From an uncultured virus (IMG/VR IMGVR_UViG_3300036715_000919) (taxonomy: Duplodnaviria > Heunggongvirae > Uroviricota > Caudoviricetes): a DNA stretch of 64,000 bases. Numbering within the stretch: the first letter of the stretch is position 1; every line of letters starts with the position of its first letter. Below the pieces are notes generated by a model. The model worked only from the letters and a program-made list of their open reading frames with translations, was not told the origin of the DNA and made no database searches. Of the stretch, positions 27,934 to 36,210 are shown piece after piece. The stretch lies in IMG/VR virus record IMGVR_UViG_3300036715_000919, one strand, 5' to 3'. The translations under genes were made by a program, and so were the position numbers.

Positions 27934-30538
27934 GGAGGGAGCACAGGATCTGATGTTTAATATCCTGCAGCAACACCAGTATTCCATGCCATTTAAGAGC
28001 ACAGTCAGGGAGATTGTAAGCAATGGCTTGGACAGTCTTACAGAGAAACACATTGCACGGGCTATTCTTTCTGGGGAGGCTCAGGTTTCAGATTTCTTTG
28101 TTGAAAAGGAAGGAGCAATTTATAAAGACAGTCATTTCAATCCTGAGTATTACGACTTGCAGTATCTGTCTGCTGTAGATGAAGTGGACATTATCTATAC
28201 TGATGGTGGGGAAACAGGAAAGGATAAAATCGTTATCTGTGATCACGGTGTTGGATTGGGAGGCAACAGACTGGAGAAGTACTTCAATCTTGGTTATAGC
28301 AGCAAACGTCTGCTGAGCAAGGCCCTGGGTAAGTTCGGTATTGGCGCTAAAGCACCGCTGTCAGTTGGCGTTCCCTTTTACACAATCACCAGCAGGTACA
28401 ATGGAGCAGAGTTCTGTTTCAATGTATACGCTCACCGGGTAGAAAGTGTAGTTCCACAGTATGATATGGAGAAGATGGTGGAGAATCCCTCTTACACATT
28501 CGCCAATGGTTACCTGTGTTACTACAAGCGTACAACAGAGTCTAACATGCTGCAAATTGAGATCGCGGCAAAGAAGCATCACAAGACCTCTTACATTGAC
28601 GCTGTGCAGTCTCAACTGTTGTACTTTAAGAATGTACGCCTATTTGAAGGATTGGCCGGCAAAGAGCAAGAGCTACCGGTGAGAGCTGAAATATTGTATG
28701 AGGATGATATGATTGTACTGTCAAAGAACAGTGCCTACAGTAAGCCTCATATTCTGCTCAATGGAGTGAACTACGGTTACATCAATTTTGAAGAATTGGA
28801 ACTGGAACAGAAGCTTGGTAATATCGGTATCAAGGTAGATCCAGACAAGGTGAGCATCAATCCAAGCAGGGAATCCCTGATCTGGGATGATGTAACCCGG
28901 GAAGTAGTAGTCAGCAGATTTCATGAAGTAGTGAAAATAGCCGAAGCTACCATCAACTCTCAATTGAAAGAGACAGACTTCTTGAAGTGGCTGAGAATAT
29001 GTGCGAATGCATCAGCCGCCAACAGCTTTTGGTCAACAGCAGACGATAATACAGTTATTGGCCGGTTGTCAAAGATCGTGGACATGAGTAAGGTTGAATT
29101 GGCGTATTCGCCCGCACCTGAATTCAAGTACGCGAACAGACTCATGGATGGTTTGAGAGTCGCTCGGGTAGAGATGGTAACTGAACGTGAGGGTTCTAAA
29201 ATCAAGAGCAAAGTTGAGTATCAACAGAGCTGGAGAATGGCACTCACTGAGGGTTTACCCATCATCATTGTACAGGGAGATATTTCTAATCGTAAGAACA
29301 AGTACATACTGAGTAAGTTGTACAAATCCGGGTTCGTCATGATTCAGGTACAGCTGGAAGGCCCAAGTGAGCAACGTCTGCTGGAAGCTGTGTATGGGGA
29401 ACTTACCAAAGAGAAGTTCGAAAAAGCGGAAAAAAGAATAACTGCCCTTACAGGGTTCATTATGGCGTCTGCTGATAAGATGATGTATGAAACTATCATT
29501 GTACCAGATGATTTCAAAGCCAATGAAACTGAAGAAGAAATTGAAGTGGAGGAAAAGACTGTGGAGGCTACAGAGTCTGCTACTGCAAGGAGAAAGGCGA
29601 GTGGTACTACTGTGTTGCATACGTTAAGACATGCTGAACGATACCTAAGTACTTCAGATAGAAATATTGTTAAGCTCTATGAGATGCAGAAAATAGAAAT
29701 GCCAATTCATCTTGTGGATACTTGGAAAAATGAAGAAGTGTTTTGGAGTAACAGTGACTTTGAGCCTCTATTGCATACGGCAGGTTTACTTACAAGATTC
29801 AATATTTATACTTCAGATAGCAGACCTCTTAGAGAAACAAATCCACTGTTTGATGTTGAGAAATCAAATAAACTTCAGTGTATAAATGGCTATGAATATT
29901 CAAAATGTGAGCAATTTCACAGTGATTCTCGTGTCCGTCTCATCAAAGTGGCTCAGAACAATGTGAAGTATTACAAGGACTTCAAGCATATAACCAAATT
30001 TTTCAAAGAGATAAAGAACAAGACCATTACTATGAGTAACGCATTGGTAAGATGGAATACAGCTCGTCTGCTGCAGGATAAGATTGAGGATTTACGGTTT
30101 CTTGCCGGCATAAGTGGAATCAATCCTACCCGTCAGTCTCAGTACGAGTCTATCACTAAGTATATAGCTGTTAATTGGAGATCCTTGAACATAAATACGA
30201 ATCTGTTAGGAGCTGATGAAACTACTACAGGACAGCTTATTGCTCATCTGGATAAGGTAGGACAGTTCCAACTGTTTGTAAAGCAGAATCCAGAAGACAA
30301 GGACAATATTGCTCAGCTTGCACAGGAGTTATTCAATCCCGATCCAGGCGTTGAGATACAGGATGGTTTGGCCATTGATAACTGGGTGTATGATCTATAC
30401 CTGGAACTTGTGGACTGGGCACAGCCGGTGAAAACGATGTTAAATATGGTTGAACCATTAACAAGAGGCAAACCTTTAACTGTTGAGCAGGAAGAGGAAG
30501 TACTCAGGTATTTCAAGTACAGAGGAGTGCATATCTAA
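27875..30538 (+). CDS. rIIA: rIIA-like protein (GHKL ATPase N-terminus)
   Basis: YS...STVREIVSNGLDS, DHGVGL, SSKR...GKFGIGAK, NPSRESL; followed by a rIIB-like gene. Confidence 0.85.
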   Translation: MAILTQETSEISGGFSKTIEEGAQDLMFNILQQHQYSMPFKSTVREIVSNGLDSLTEKHIARAILSGEAQVSDFFVEKEGAIYKDSHFNPEYYDLQYLSAVDEVDIIYTDGGETGKDKIVICDHGVGLGGNRLEKYFNLGYSSKRLLSKALGKFGIGAKAPLSVGVPFYTITSRYNGAEFCFNVYAHRVESVVPQYDMEKMVENPSYTFANGYLCYYKRTTESNMLQIEIAAKKHHKTSYIDAVQSQLLYFKNVRLFEGLAGKEQELPVRAEILYEDDMIVLSKNSAYSKPHILLNGVNYGYINFEELELEQKLGNIGIKVDPDKVSINPSRESLIWDDVTREVVVSRFHEVVKIAEATINSQLKETDFLKWLRICANASAANSFWSTADDNTVIGRLSKIVDMSKVELAYSPAPEFKYANRLMDGLRVARVEMVTEREGSKIKSKVEYQQSWRMALTEGLPIIIVQGDISNRKNKYILSKLYKSGFVMIQVQLEGPSEQRLLEAVYGELTKEKFEKAEKRITALTGFIMASADKMMYETIIVPDDFKANETEEEIEVEEKTVEATESATARRKASGTTVLHTLRHAERYLSTSDRNIVKLYEMQKIEMPIHLVDTWKNEEVFWSNSDFEPLLHTAGLLTRFNIYTSDSRPLRETNPLFDVEKSNKLQCINGYEYSKCEQFHSDSRVRLIKVAQNNVKYYKDFKHITKFFKEIKNKTITMSNALVRWNTARLLQDKIEDLRFLAGISGINPTRQSQYESITKYIAVNWRSLNINTNLLGADETTTGQLIAHLDKVGQFQLFVKQNPEDKDNIAQLAQELFNPDPGVEIQDGLAIDNWVYDLYLELVDWAQPVKTMLNMVEPLTRGKPLTVEQEEEVLRYFKYRGVHI

Positions 30539-30560
30539 ATTTTTAATAAATAAACATCAC

Positions 30561-31724
30561 ATGATGATCACAGTAAATGTAGTTAACGATACTATTTCAG
30601 GATCGTATAACGGTAAACCGTTCGGGATTCAGTTCTCAGAACAGAAATATGCCCAGATGAAAGATATGGAAGCCAAGGCCAATGCTGTTTCTTCTATGGA
30701 AGAACTCACTACAATCCTGGAAGATTTTGAACTGTTAACCAAGGAAGATTACAAAGAATTGGTTGAACATGCTGCTGGCGGGCAATTTCTTTGGGTATCA
30801 AGGGCTAATGGAAAGATTTTCTTAGCTATCAATGGTAAAGTAAGTTCTATTGCCATTCCCAAGACCCTGGTTGATCGCATCATCACTTCTGTAGAAAAGA
30901 AGATTGATGTATTACCACTGGTTAAATGCTGGGCAAGGTATATTCGTCCGATAGCCGGTCGCCCTGCATATACAGCAGAACGTGGTGCTACCTTTGCACA
31001 TTATATTAGTTCTACCTACACTGATCCAGCGTATGCCGCTCAGTTAGTAAAAGAGAATGGGTTGTCTCAGGAAGTGGCCAATACCCGTGCAACCAATGTA
31101 CAGGTTTCTATCACTCAGGAAGGATTGTTAAACTGTTTTAAAGTTAGTCGTGAAATACTAACTCGTTATGAGTTAAATGAAGATGAAGACGTGGTACAGA
31201 AAAGCCGGTATACCAAAAGCGTTGACCCAGACAGTGGATTAGTTACTTATGACGAGCCCAAGTATGTCGAAGAACGGCTGTTTGAACCTGCTATCATGGG
31301 TAAGCGTGGAGATGAGTTCTATTGTGGAGATAAGCCCGGTCACTTTATTCGTGTAGGGCAGACTCATTACTTAGATAGTTGGGATAAGGTTGGAGTTCCC
31401 GGTCAAAAAGGCTGTCATATAGGGGGCCTTAAATATATCGCCGGTTATCAGACAGAAGGTACTGTAACGCACAATGTGTTTGCAGATCCGATGGATATTC
31501 ATACAGTGAATGCCAGTGAGCATAGTGATGGCGCTATGACTGTTAAACGTTATTTCGTACACAGCAGTTTTGCCGGTGTGAACAAAGGTATCTATCACAG
31601 CAGTGAATACGCTAAACTGACAGATGCAGAGTATGCTAAACTGATCGAAGAAGCCGTAGAAGCTTCCCAACAAGCAGTGGATCAAATCGCTGCTGACCTG
31701 GATGAGAGGAAGAACCTTTTGTAA
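30561..31724 (+). CDS. rIIB: rIIB-like protein
   Basis: Directly after rIIA; 'PLVKCW', 'ITQEG', 'GCHIGGLKYI' resemble rIIB motifs. Confidence 0.75.
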   Translation: MMITVNVVNDTISGSYNGKPFGIQFSEQKYAQMKDMEAKANAVSSMEELTTILEDFELLTKEDYKELVEHAAGGQFLWVSRANGKIFLAINGKVSSIAIPKTLVDRIITSVEKKIDVLPLVKCWARYIRPIAGRPAYTAERGATFAHYISSTYTDPAYAAQLVKENGLSQEVANTRATNVQVSITQEGLLNCFKVSREILTRYELNEDEDVVQKSRYTKSVDPDSGLVTYDEPKYVEERLFEPAIMGKRGDEFYCGDKPGHFIRVGQTHYLDSWDKVGVPGQKGCHIGGLKYIAGYQTEGTVTHNVFADPMDIHTVNASEHSDGAMTVKRYFVHSSFAGVNKGIYHSSEYAKLTDAEYAKLIEEAVEASQQAVDQIAADLDERKNLL

Positions 31725-31738
31725 ATTTGTAGAGAGTC

Positions 31739-31832
31739 TGCTGTATGGCGGAAATGGTATACAGCTGTTGAAGATGCTTGCATCGAGGTAACTAACCAGT
31801 AATGGTTGAAGGTTCGAATCCTTCTATGGTAG
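31739..31832 (+). tRNA. tRNA-like element (class II Leu/Ser-like scaffold) with aberrant anticodon arm, no CCA
   Basis: TGGCGGAAATGGTATAC D-region, long variable arm AACCA-GTAA-TGGTT, T-arm GAAGG-TTCGAAT-CCTTC; TAAATTTG -7 element at 31722. Confidence 0.6.
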
Positions 31833-31853
31833 TCTCTCTCATTTTATATCCCT

Positions 31854-32246
31854 ATGGCAAAAGCAAAACTACCCAAACCCCGCAATGGCGGAACAATGAC
31901 TGAAGCACAGTACTTCGGCAAACTAAGAACGACACTGAGAAGAGCTTTCAGATGGTGGACTCCCATGAGACTTGCACTGGAAGCAGCAAAGAGACCTTCA
32001 ATCAGCAGTAACAAGCGGTTGAAGTTTGAATACATCTGCTGCAAGTGTAATCACTGGTTCCCTCGGAAGGAAGTAGAGATTGACCATGTCGATCCCTGTG
32101 GTTCTCTCAATACCCTGGCAGATGTGGCTCAGTTCATTCAGAAGCTCACACCAGAGGATATTGATGCTTTCCAGATACTGTGTAAATCCTGTCATCAGGA
32201 GAAGACCAACTCCGAACGTAAATCAAGAATATGCCACAAGCAATAG
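31854..32246 (+). CDS. HNH endonuclease
   Basis: CCKC...IDHVDP...LCKSCHQEKT. Confidence 0.85.
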   Translation: MAKAKLPKPRNGGTMTEAQYFGKLRTTLRRAFRWWTPMRLALEAAKRPSISSNKRLKFEYICCKCNHWFPRKEVEIDHVDPCGSLNTLADVAQFIQKLTPEDIDAFQILCKSCHQEKTNSERKSRICHKQ

Positions 32247-32524
32247 CAGATGCAGCTTACAGAAGAGCTGCTGAAATCTACACAATTTTATCACATTCAA
32301 CTGCACTTCATATCCTGACTGTGCTAAGTGAGTATCAGAACCGTGAGTGTTCTGCTGCTTTTCTGGTAACAGGAGGTATACCTCTGTCTGCTGTAAGCTA
32401 TCAACTCAAACGGTTGATCAGTATTGGAGCAGTACGCAGGGAAACCTTAGGGAACAAAGTGTATTATAAATTATCACATGGAAGGATTGAAACAATCAAT
32501 GCCGCTGCCGCAAGACTTCTGTAG
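32231..32524 (+). CDS. ArsR-like winged HTH protein
   Basis: 'LHILTVL...SAVSYQLKRL...G.V.....GNKVYYKL'. Confidence 0.7.
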   Translation: MPQAIADAAYRRAAEIYTILSHSTALHILTVLSEYQNRECSAAFLVTGGIPLSAVSYQLKRLISIGAVRRETLGNKVYYKLSHGRIETINAAAARLL

Positions 32525-33335
32525 TTTGCTGGTGATTGACGGAGACGCCATTCCCTACATTCTGGGATGGTTCAACAGAGAGCATGCGCATGTGGAAATG
32601 ATGTACCAGGCTATTGATACCTGGATGCATGATTTCCTCACTATCACCGGAGCACCACAGTTCTTAGGAATACTGGCAGCGCCACAATCTCACTGTTTTC
32701 GGTACGCCATTTACAAGTACAAACCGTATAAGGGTAACCGGCAAGAGAAAGATGAGTGGATCAAATTCTGGGAACCAATAGTGAAAGACTACCTGGTTGA
32801 CAAGTATCATTTTAAATATGCACCGGATTATTTGGAAACTGATGATGTTGTTGCTACATTAGCACTTGGAAATCCGAAAGCAATTATCTGCAGTCCGGAT
32901 AAGGATCTCAGACAAATACCTGGGTATTTCTACAACTACAAAGACTTCGGAGGTGAGAAACATCCTGGATTGGAAACAGTTGATCTGAAACAGGCCACTC
33001 GAAATCTGCACATGCAACTACTCACTGGTGATGGCGTAGATAATATTAACGGCATTACGAACATGGGTGAGGTCAAAGCCAATAAGCTATTGAATGAAAC
33101 CAATCCGATGTTATGGACAAACGCTGTAAAGATGGCGTACCAGAAGCAATACGGCCCGCATTATGGTGACATCATCTACCAGCAGACGTTAGAAACAATT
33201 CAAATGATAACACCGGATCATCCCTTATGGAGTAAGTTCGGGTTTGACGTTGAGCATTATTTGGCCGGAGTAAAGAACAGTGTAGATTATGTCAGATCCA
33301 TTCATAGAACAATTGAACAAGAAACATTTATGTAG
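32478..33335 (+). CDS. 5'-3' exonuclease (T7 gp6/FEN-like)
   Basis: IDGD, YKGNR, ETDD, SPDKDLRQIPG, TGDGVDNI.G...GEVKA. Confidence 0.9.
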   Translation: MEGLKQSMPLPQDFCSLLVIDGDAIPYILGWFNREHAHVEMMYQAIDTWMHDFLTITGAPQFLGILAAPQSHCFRYAIYKYKPYKGNRQEKDEWIKFWEPIVKDYLVDKYHFKYAPDYLETDDVVATLALGNPKAIICSPDKDLRQIPGYFYNYKDFGGEKHPGLETVDLKQATRNLHMQLLTGDGVDNINGITNMGEVKANKLLNETNPMLWTNAVKMAYQKQYGPHYGDIIYQQTLETIQMITPDHPLWSKFGFDVEHYLAGVKNSVDYVRSIHRTIEQETFM

Positions 33336-33816
33336 TTGGTATATATTACCACTGATAGGGCTCAACATTGATATTTTCGGAGCATCAAACTTTCTGGATA
33401 CATTCATTGTACGCGATAAGTATATGATAGCAGTGCAGATCATTGATGTGCACCTCTGTCCAATGGCATTGCGTTCAAAGTATATTAAAGGAGAATTCTC
33501 TGCAGATGAACGGGACTTCCTGTTATTTGAGATACCCAGATGGTGGAGAGACGATTACGATTTGTTTATTCAGGGAGCGTACAGCAAGATGAGCGATGAG
33601 GCGAAACAGAAGATCAGAGAGGCGAGTGGGTTGAAATATGAGGTACTGGATGATTATGGTAATAAGATAACAGACGCTATCCTGATGGCTCTTGACAATC
33701 ACCCTGTATTGAGGAAGAAGTGGATGGAAGTAATTGGAACATCTGATTATTGGATACCGGATGAGTTACTTTCACTTCCAGCAGAATCAAGTTTTATAAC
33801 AATAGGAGATTTATGA
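33289..33816 (+). CDS. Hypothetical protein (last + strand gene)
   Basis: 175-aa ORF, 'YDLFIQGAYSKMS'. Confidence 0.65.
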   Translation: MSDPFIEQLNKKHLCSWYILPLIGLNIDIFGASNFLDTFIVRDKYMIAVQIIDVHLCPMALRSKYIKGEFSADERDFLLFEIPRWWRDDYDLFIQGAYSKMSDEAKQKIREASGLKYEVLDDYGNKITDAILMALDNHPVLRKKWMEVIGTSDYWIPDELLSLPAESSFITIGDL

Positions 33817-33817
33817 T

Positions 33818-33849
33818 CAAAGGCAGAGTTTAATAGCTCTGTCTTTTTC
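33818..33849. terminator. Bidirectional terminator at the convergence of the early and late arms
   Basis: AAAGGCAGAG...CTCTGTCTTTTT between convergent genes. Confidence 0.75.
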
Positions 33850-33860
33850 AAACCCATTGG

Positions 33861-34586
33861 CTATGCAATACTCACTTGAATCTTTGGCGTATCAGTTTCA
33901 TCTTTGGTTTTATAATCCAATACAATGAAGGGCTGATCGAGCATCCAGTTGTTCTGCTGTATAGCATACAGGAAGCTATCAGTGCGATAATCAGTATGCT
34001 GTAACAGTACAGAGGTATTATTTTCCAGCCATGAGTCTCTTGCATTCACGTAAGCAGTGATCCATCTCTTCTCATCTCCTCCCTGTGAGGGAACCATCTC
34101 AGCAAACTTATCTCTCAGGAAGGTCATAATTGATCCTGAATGTACAAAGCTATCATAGATCACGAGCATAGATAGCGGTAGAGTGAGGCCATTACGTTCA
34201 CACCACTGCCGGGCAGGGTTGAAGTAGTAGATGTTGAAAAATCTGTCCTGTGTACTCTGCATGATTATATCTGTGGATGCTTGCTTGAGCAAATTCAGGA
34301 ATGAGCTGCTGGTAGCTAAGGAGGCTCTGTTTCGGTCTCCCATCCAGGGCATGTAACTGGAGAAGTCTTTGGCATATTTACCCCCGGCATCAATGTACAT
34401 TTGAATAAGTGTTTTCAAGTTTCCATATTCTGTTGTTTGCGCACTTCCGTATGTTAGCTGTAAAATATGACCAGGACCATCGTGAAATGTAGCAATAGCA
34501 CCGTAGTCGGCACCAATGATCTTAGAAGTTTCAAAATACCGTACTATCTGACGGATTTTGGCTATGAGTTGTGTTGTGAGTTCCAT
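33861..34586 (-). CDS. Endolysin, chitosanase (GH46)/lysozyme-fold
   Basis: From MELTT: 'IVRYFETS...YGAI...DG....LTYG..QTTEYGNL', 'IYDSFVHSG'; located in the lysis cluster. Confidence 0.75.
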   Translation of the reverse strand: MELTTQLIAKIRQIVRYFETSKIIGADYGAIATFHDGPGHILQLTYGSAQTTEYGNLKTLIQMYIDAGGKYAKDFSSYMPWMGDRNRASLATSSSFLNLLKQASTDIIMQSTQDRFFNIYYFNPARQWCERNGLTLPLSMLVIYDSFVHSGSIMTFLRDKFAEMVPSQGGDEKRWITAYVNARDSWLENNTSVLLQHTDYRTDSFLYAIQQNNWMLDQPFIVLDYKTKDETDTPKIQVSIA

Positions 34587-34587
34587 A

Positions 34588-34887
34588 TCAATAATGTGTT
34601 TCAGGTTGAATCCAGTACGTCCATTTGTGGAGAGGACATTGTGCTGTGGGAGCTGCAGTCTTTCCCGCCAGTGGACAATGACACTCCCCACAATAGAACG
34701 TAGAGGCTCTATCATTCAGCGCCTCGAGGATATTTTTTCCCATTGGGCTTAGTTGTTCCTTACTTGGGCAGGTGTCACAAATCTGTAATCTGTAAGCTAT
34801 CATCTGCTTGTGATCAGGGGATGCATGGATGAAGTTGTACCATCCGGTAGCTATTTCCAGCAGGTTCATGGTAGTCTTGATTTCCAC
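34588..34887 (-). CDS. Small Cys-rich protein (R..IC..CP...CG.C.CPL..KT...CP..KW)
   Basis: Cys pattern visible in the translation. Confidence 0.65.
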   Translation of the reverse strand: MEIKTTMNLLEIATGWYNFIHASPDHKQMIAYRLQICDTCPSKEQLSPMGKNILEALNDRASTFYCGECHCPLAGKTAAPTAQCPLHKWTYWIQPETHY

Positions 34888-35447
34888 TTAGCAAATACTA
34901 TAGCGCCTAATCCTGCGGTGAGTCCAAGCACTATCCAGAAGAGTACATTGCGTTCTTTTTTAAATCCATCTGCTGTGGCTTGAAGGGAGGCTACTTTAAA
35001 CTCAGCAGTTTTACGTGCATCATTGGCAATCTCCAGTCCTCTCCGATTTACAACAGTATTATCTACAGTATCTGGAGCCGGTTTAGGAATTTTCACATCT
35101 TTCATCAGCTTCTTTGCATCCTGGAATCCCAGGTTGTATGCTACCTTGCCTGATTCCCAGCAGATACCATCTGAACCCACAAGACTATCTAATAGTCGTT
35201 TGCGATTGGTAGTATCAACCAGCATGGGAACATATACAGAGTAGAGAATACTGTCAATTCTGCCGGGCCGGAACTTAGTAGAAGTATCACAGACTGCAGG
35301 CCAGAGACTATCTACGGCCGGCTTCACTCTATTCAGCAAAGTCCTGCTTGCAGTAACTCTCTCTACTGCCTTTATGTCCTTGGTGGCACGGCAGGAAACT
35401 AAAAAAGCAAGAATCATAATGACTCCTGCTATATGTTGCATTTTCAT
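34866..35447 (-). CDS. Lipoprotein with C-terminal TM helix, candidate unimolecular spanin
   Basis: Lipobox LVSC after a hydrophobic leader; C-terminal VLFWIVLGLTAGLGAIVF. Confidence 0.65.
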   Translation of the reverse strand: MKMQHIAGVIMILAFLVSCRATKDIKAVERVTASRTLLNRVKPAVDSLWPAVCDTSTKFRPGRIDSILYSVYVPMLVDTTNRKRLLDSLVGSDGICWESGKVAYNLGFQDAKKLMKDVKIPKPAPDTVDNTVVNRRGLEIANDARKTAEFKVASLQATADGFKKERNVLFWIVLGLTAGLGAIVFAKWKSRLP

Positions 35448-35453
35448 AGGGAT

Positions 35454-35627
35454 CTATTGTTGTTTGGTACCGCCAGTTACATTATTATCCTTAGCTGCTA
35501 CAAATCCCAGAGATACCAGAATAGTAGCAATAGCTGCTGCTGTATCAGAACTAATGTAATGCAAGGCTACAGCTGCTCCGGTTAAGGCAGTTAGAATAGC
35601 TACTAAAGTTGTTTTCCAGCTTTTCAT
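35454..35627 (-). CDS. Holin-like 57-aa membrane protein (not in the ORF track)
   Basis: MKSWKTTLVAILTALTGAAVALHYISSDTAAAIATILVSLGFVAAKDNNVTGGTKQQ; two TM helices. Confidence 0.7.
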   Translation of the reverse strand: MKSWKTTLVAILTALTGAAVALHYISSDTAAAIATILVSLGFVAAKDNNVTGGTKQQ

Positions 35628-35908
35628 ATTGTGTATTTTATTAGGTTTTGAAATGTGATTTCCTTTTCAATGAGTGCTTCAGGATTGAGCCAATGTATCA
35701 TCGCTGAATGTGACTTTAATCCTTCGACATCCTTTTCCAGCCTGTTCAACCGTAATTCGGTTCTTCCTTGTTCAATAAGAATACTTTCAATACTGGCCAT
35801 TCTACCCGCTATTTCTTCAAGTTTACTTTTTACCAAGAATCCTACGATCACTATAAGTAATGGTGTGATGGCCCGAAAGAGATAATTTTCTGTGGTTTTA
35901 GGGATCAT
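35624..35908 (-). CDS. TM plus coiled-coil protein (lysis-associated?)
   Basis: One TM helix followed by heptads. Confidence 0.55.
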   Translation of the reverse strand: MIPKTTENYLFRAITPLLIVIVGFLVKSKLEEIAGRMASIESILIEQGRTELRLNRLEKDVEGLKSHSAMIHWLNPEALIEKEITFQNLIKYTI

Positions 35909-36017
35909 AATTAAGCTTTTTCAGAGTAAAGACGGCGCTGGGATTTAAAATTACCCTTGTCTAAGTTCAATACGTCTGCTGTATAGAGAGCTTATAGCCT
36001 GCTATAATTTTAATGTT

Positions 36018-36200
36018 TTAGCCACTTACAAAAGCGATCGGTAATATTATAGCCTGGTTAATCCCATCCGCACCCTCTGCAATAAATTGCAATAAAAGCA
36101 CCTGTTTATCATTCTTGCTAAAGAAGTGCTTTTTTACTAAGCGCTGCTGACATAAGCAACATGTTGGAAACAGCAATAGTATAATTATCAGTTTTTTCAT
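36018..36200 (-). pseudogene. Short signal-peptide ORF, probably truncated
   Basis: MKKLIIILLLFPTCCLC|QQ..., only 60 aa. Confidence 0.35.
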
Positions 36201-36210
36201 AAAATACTGT

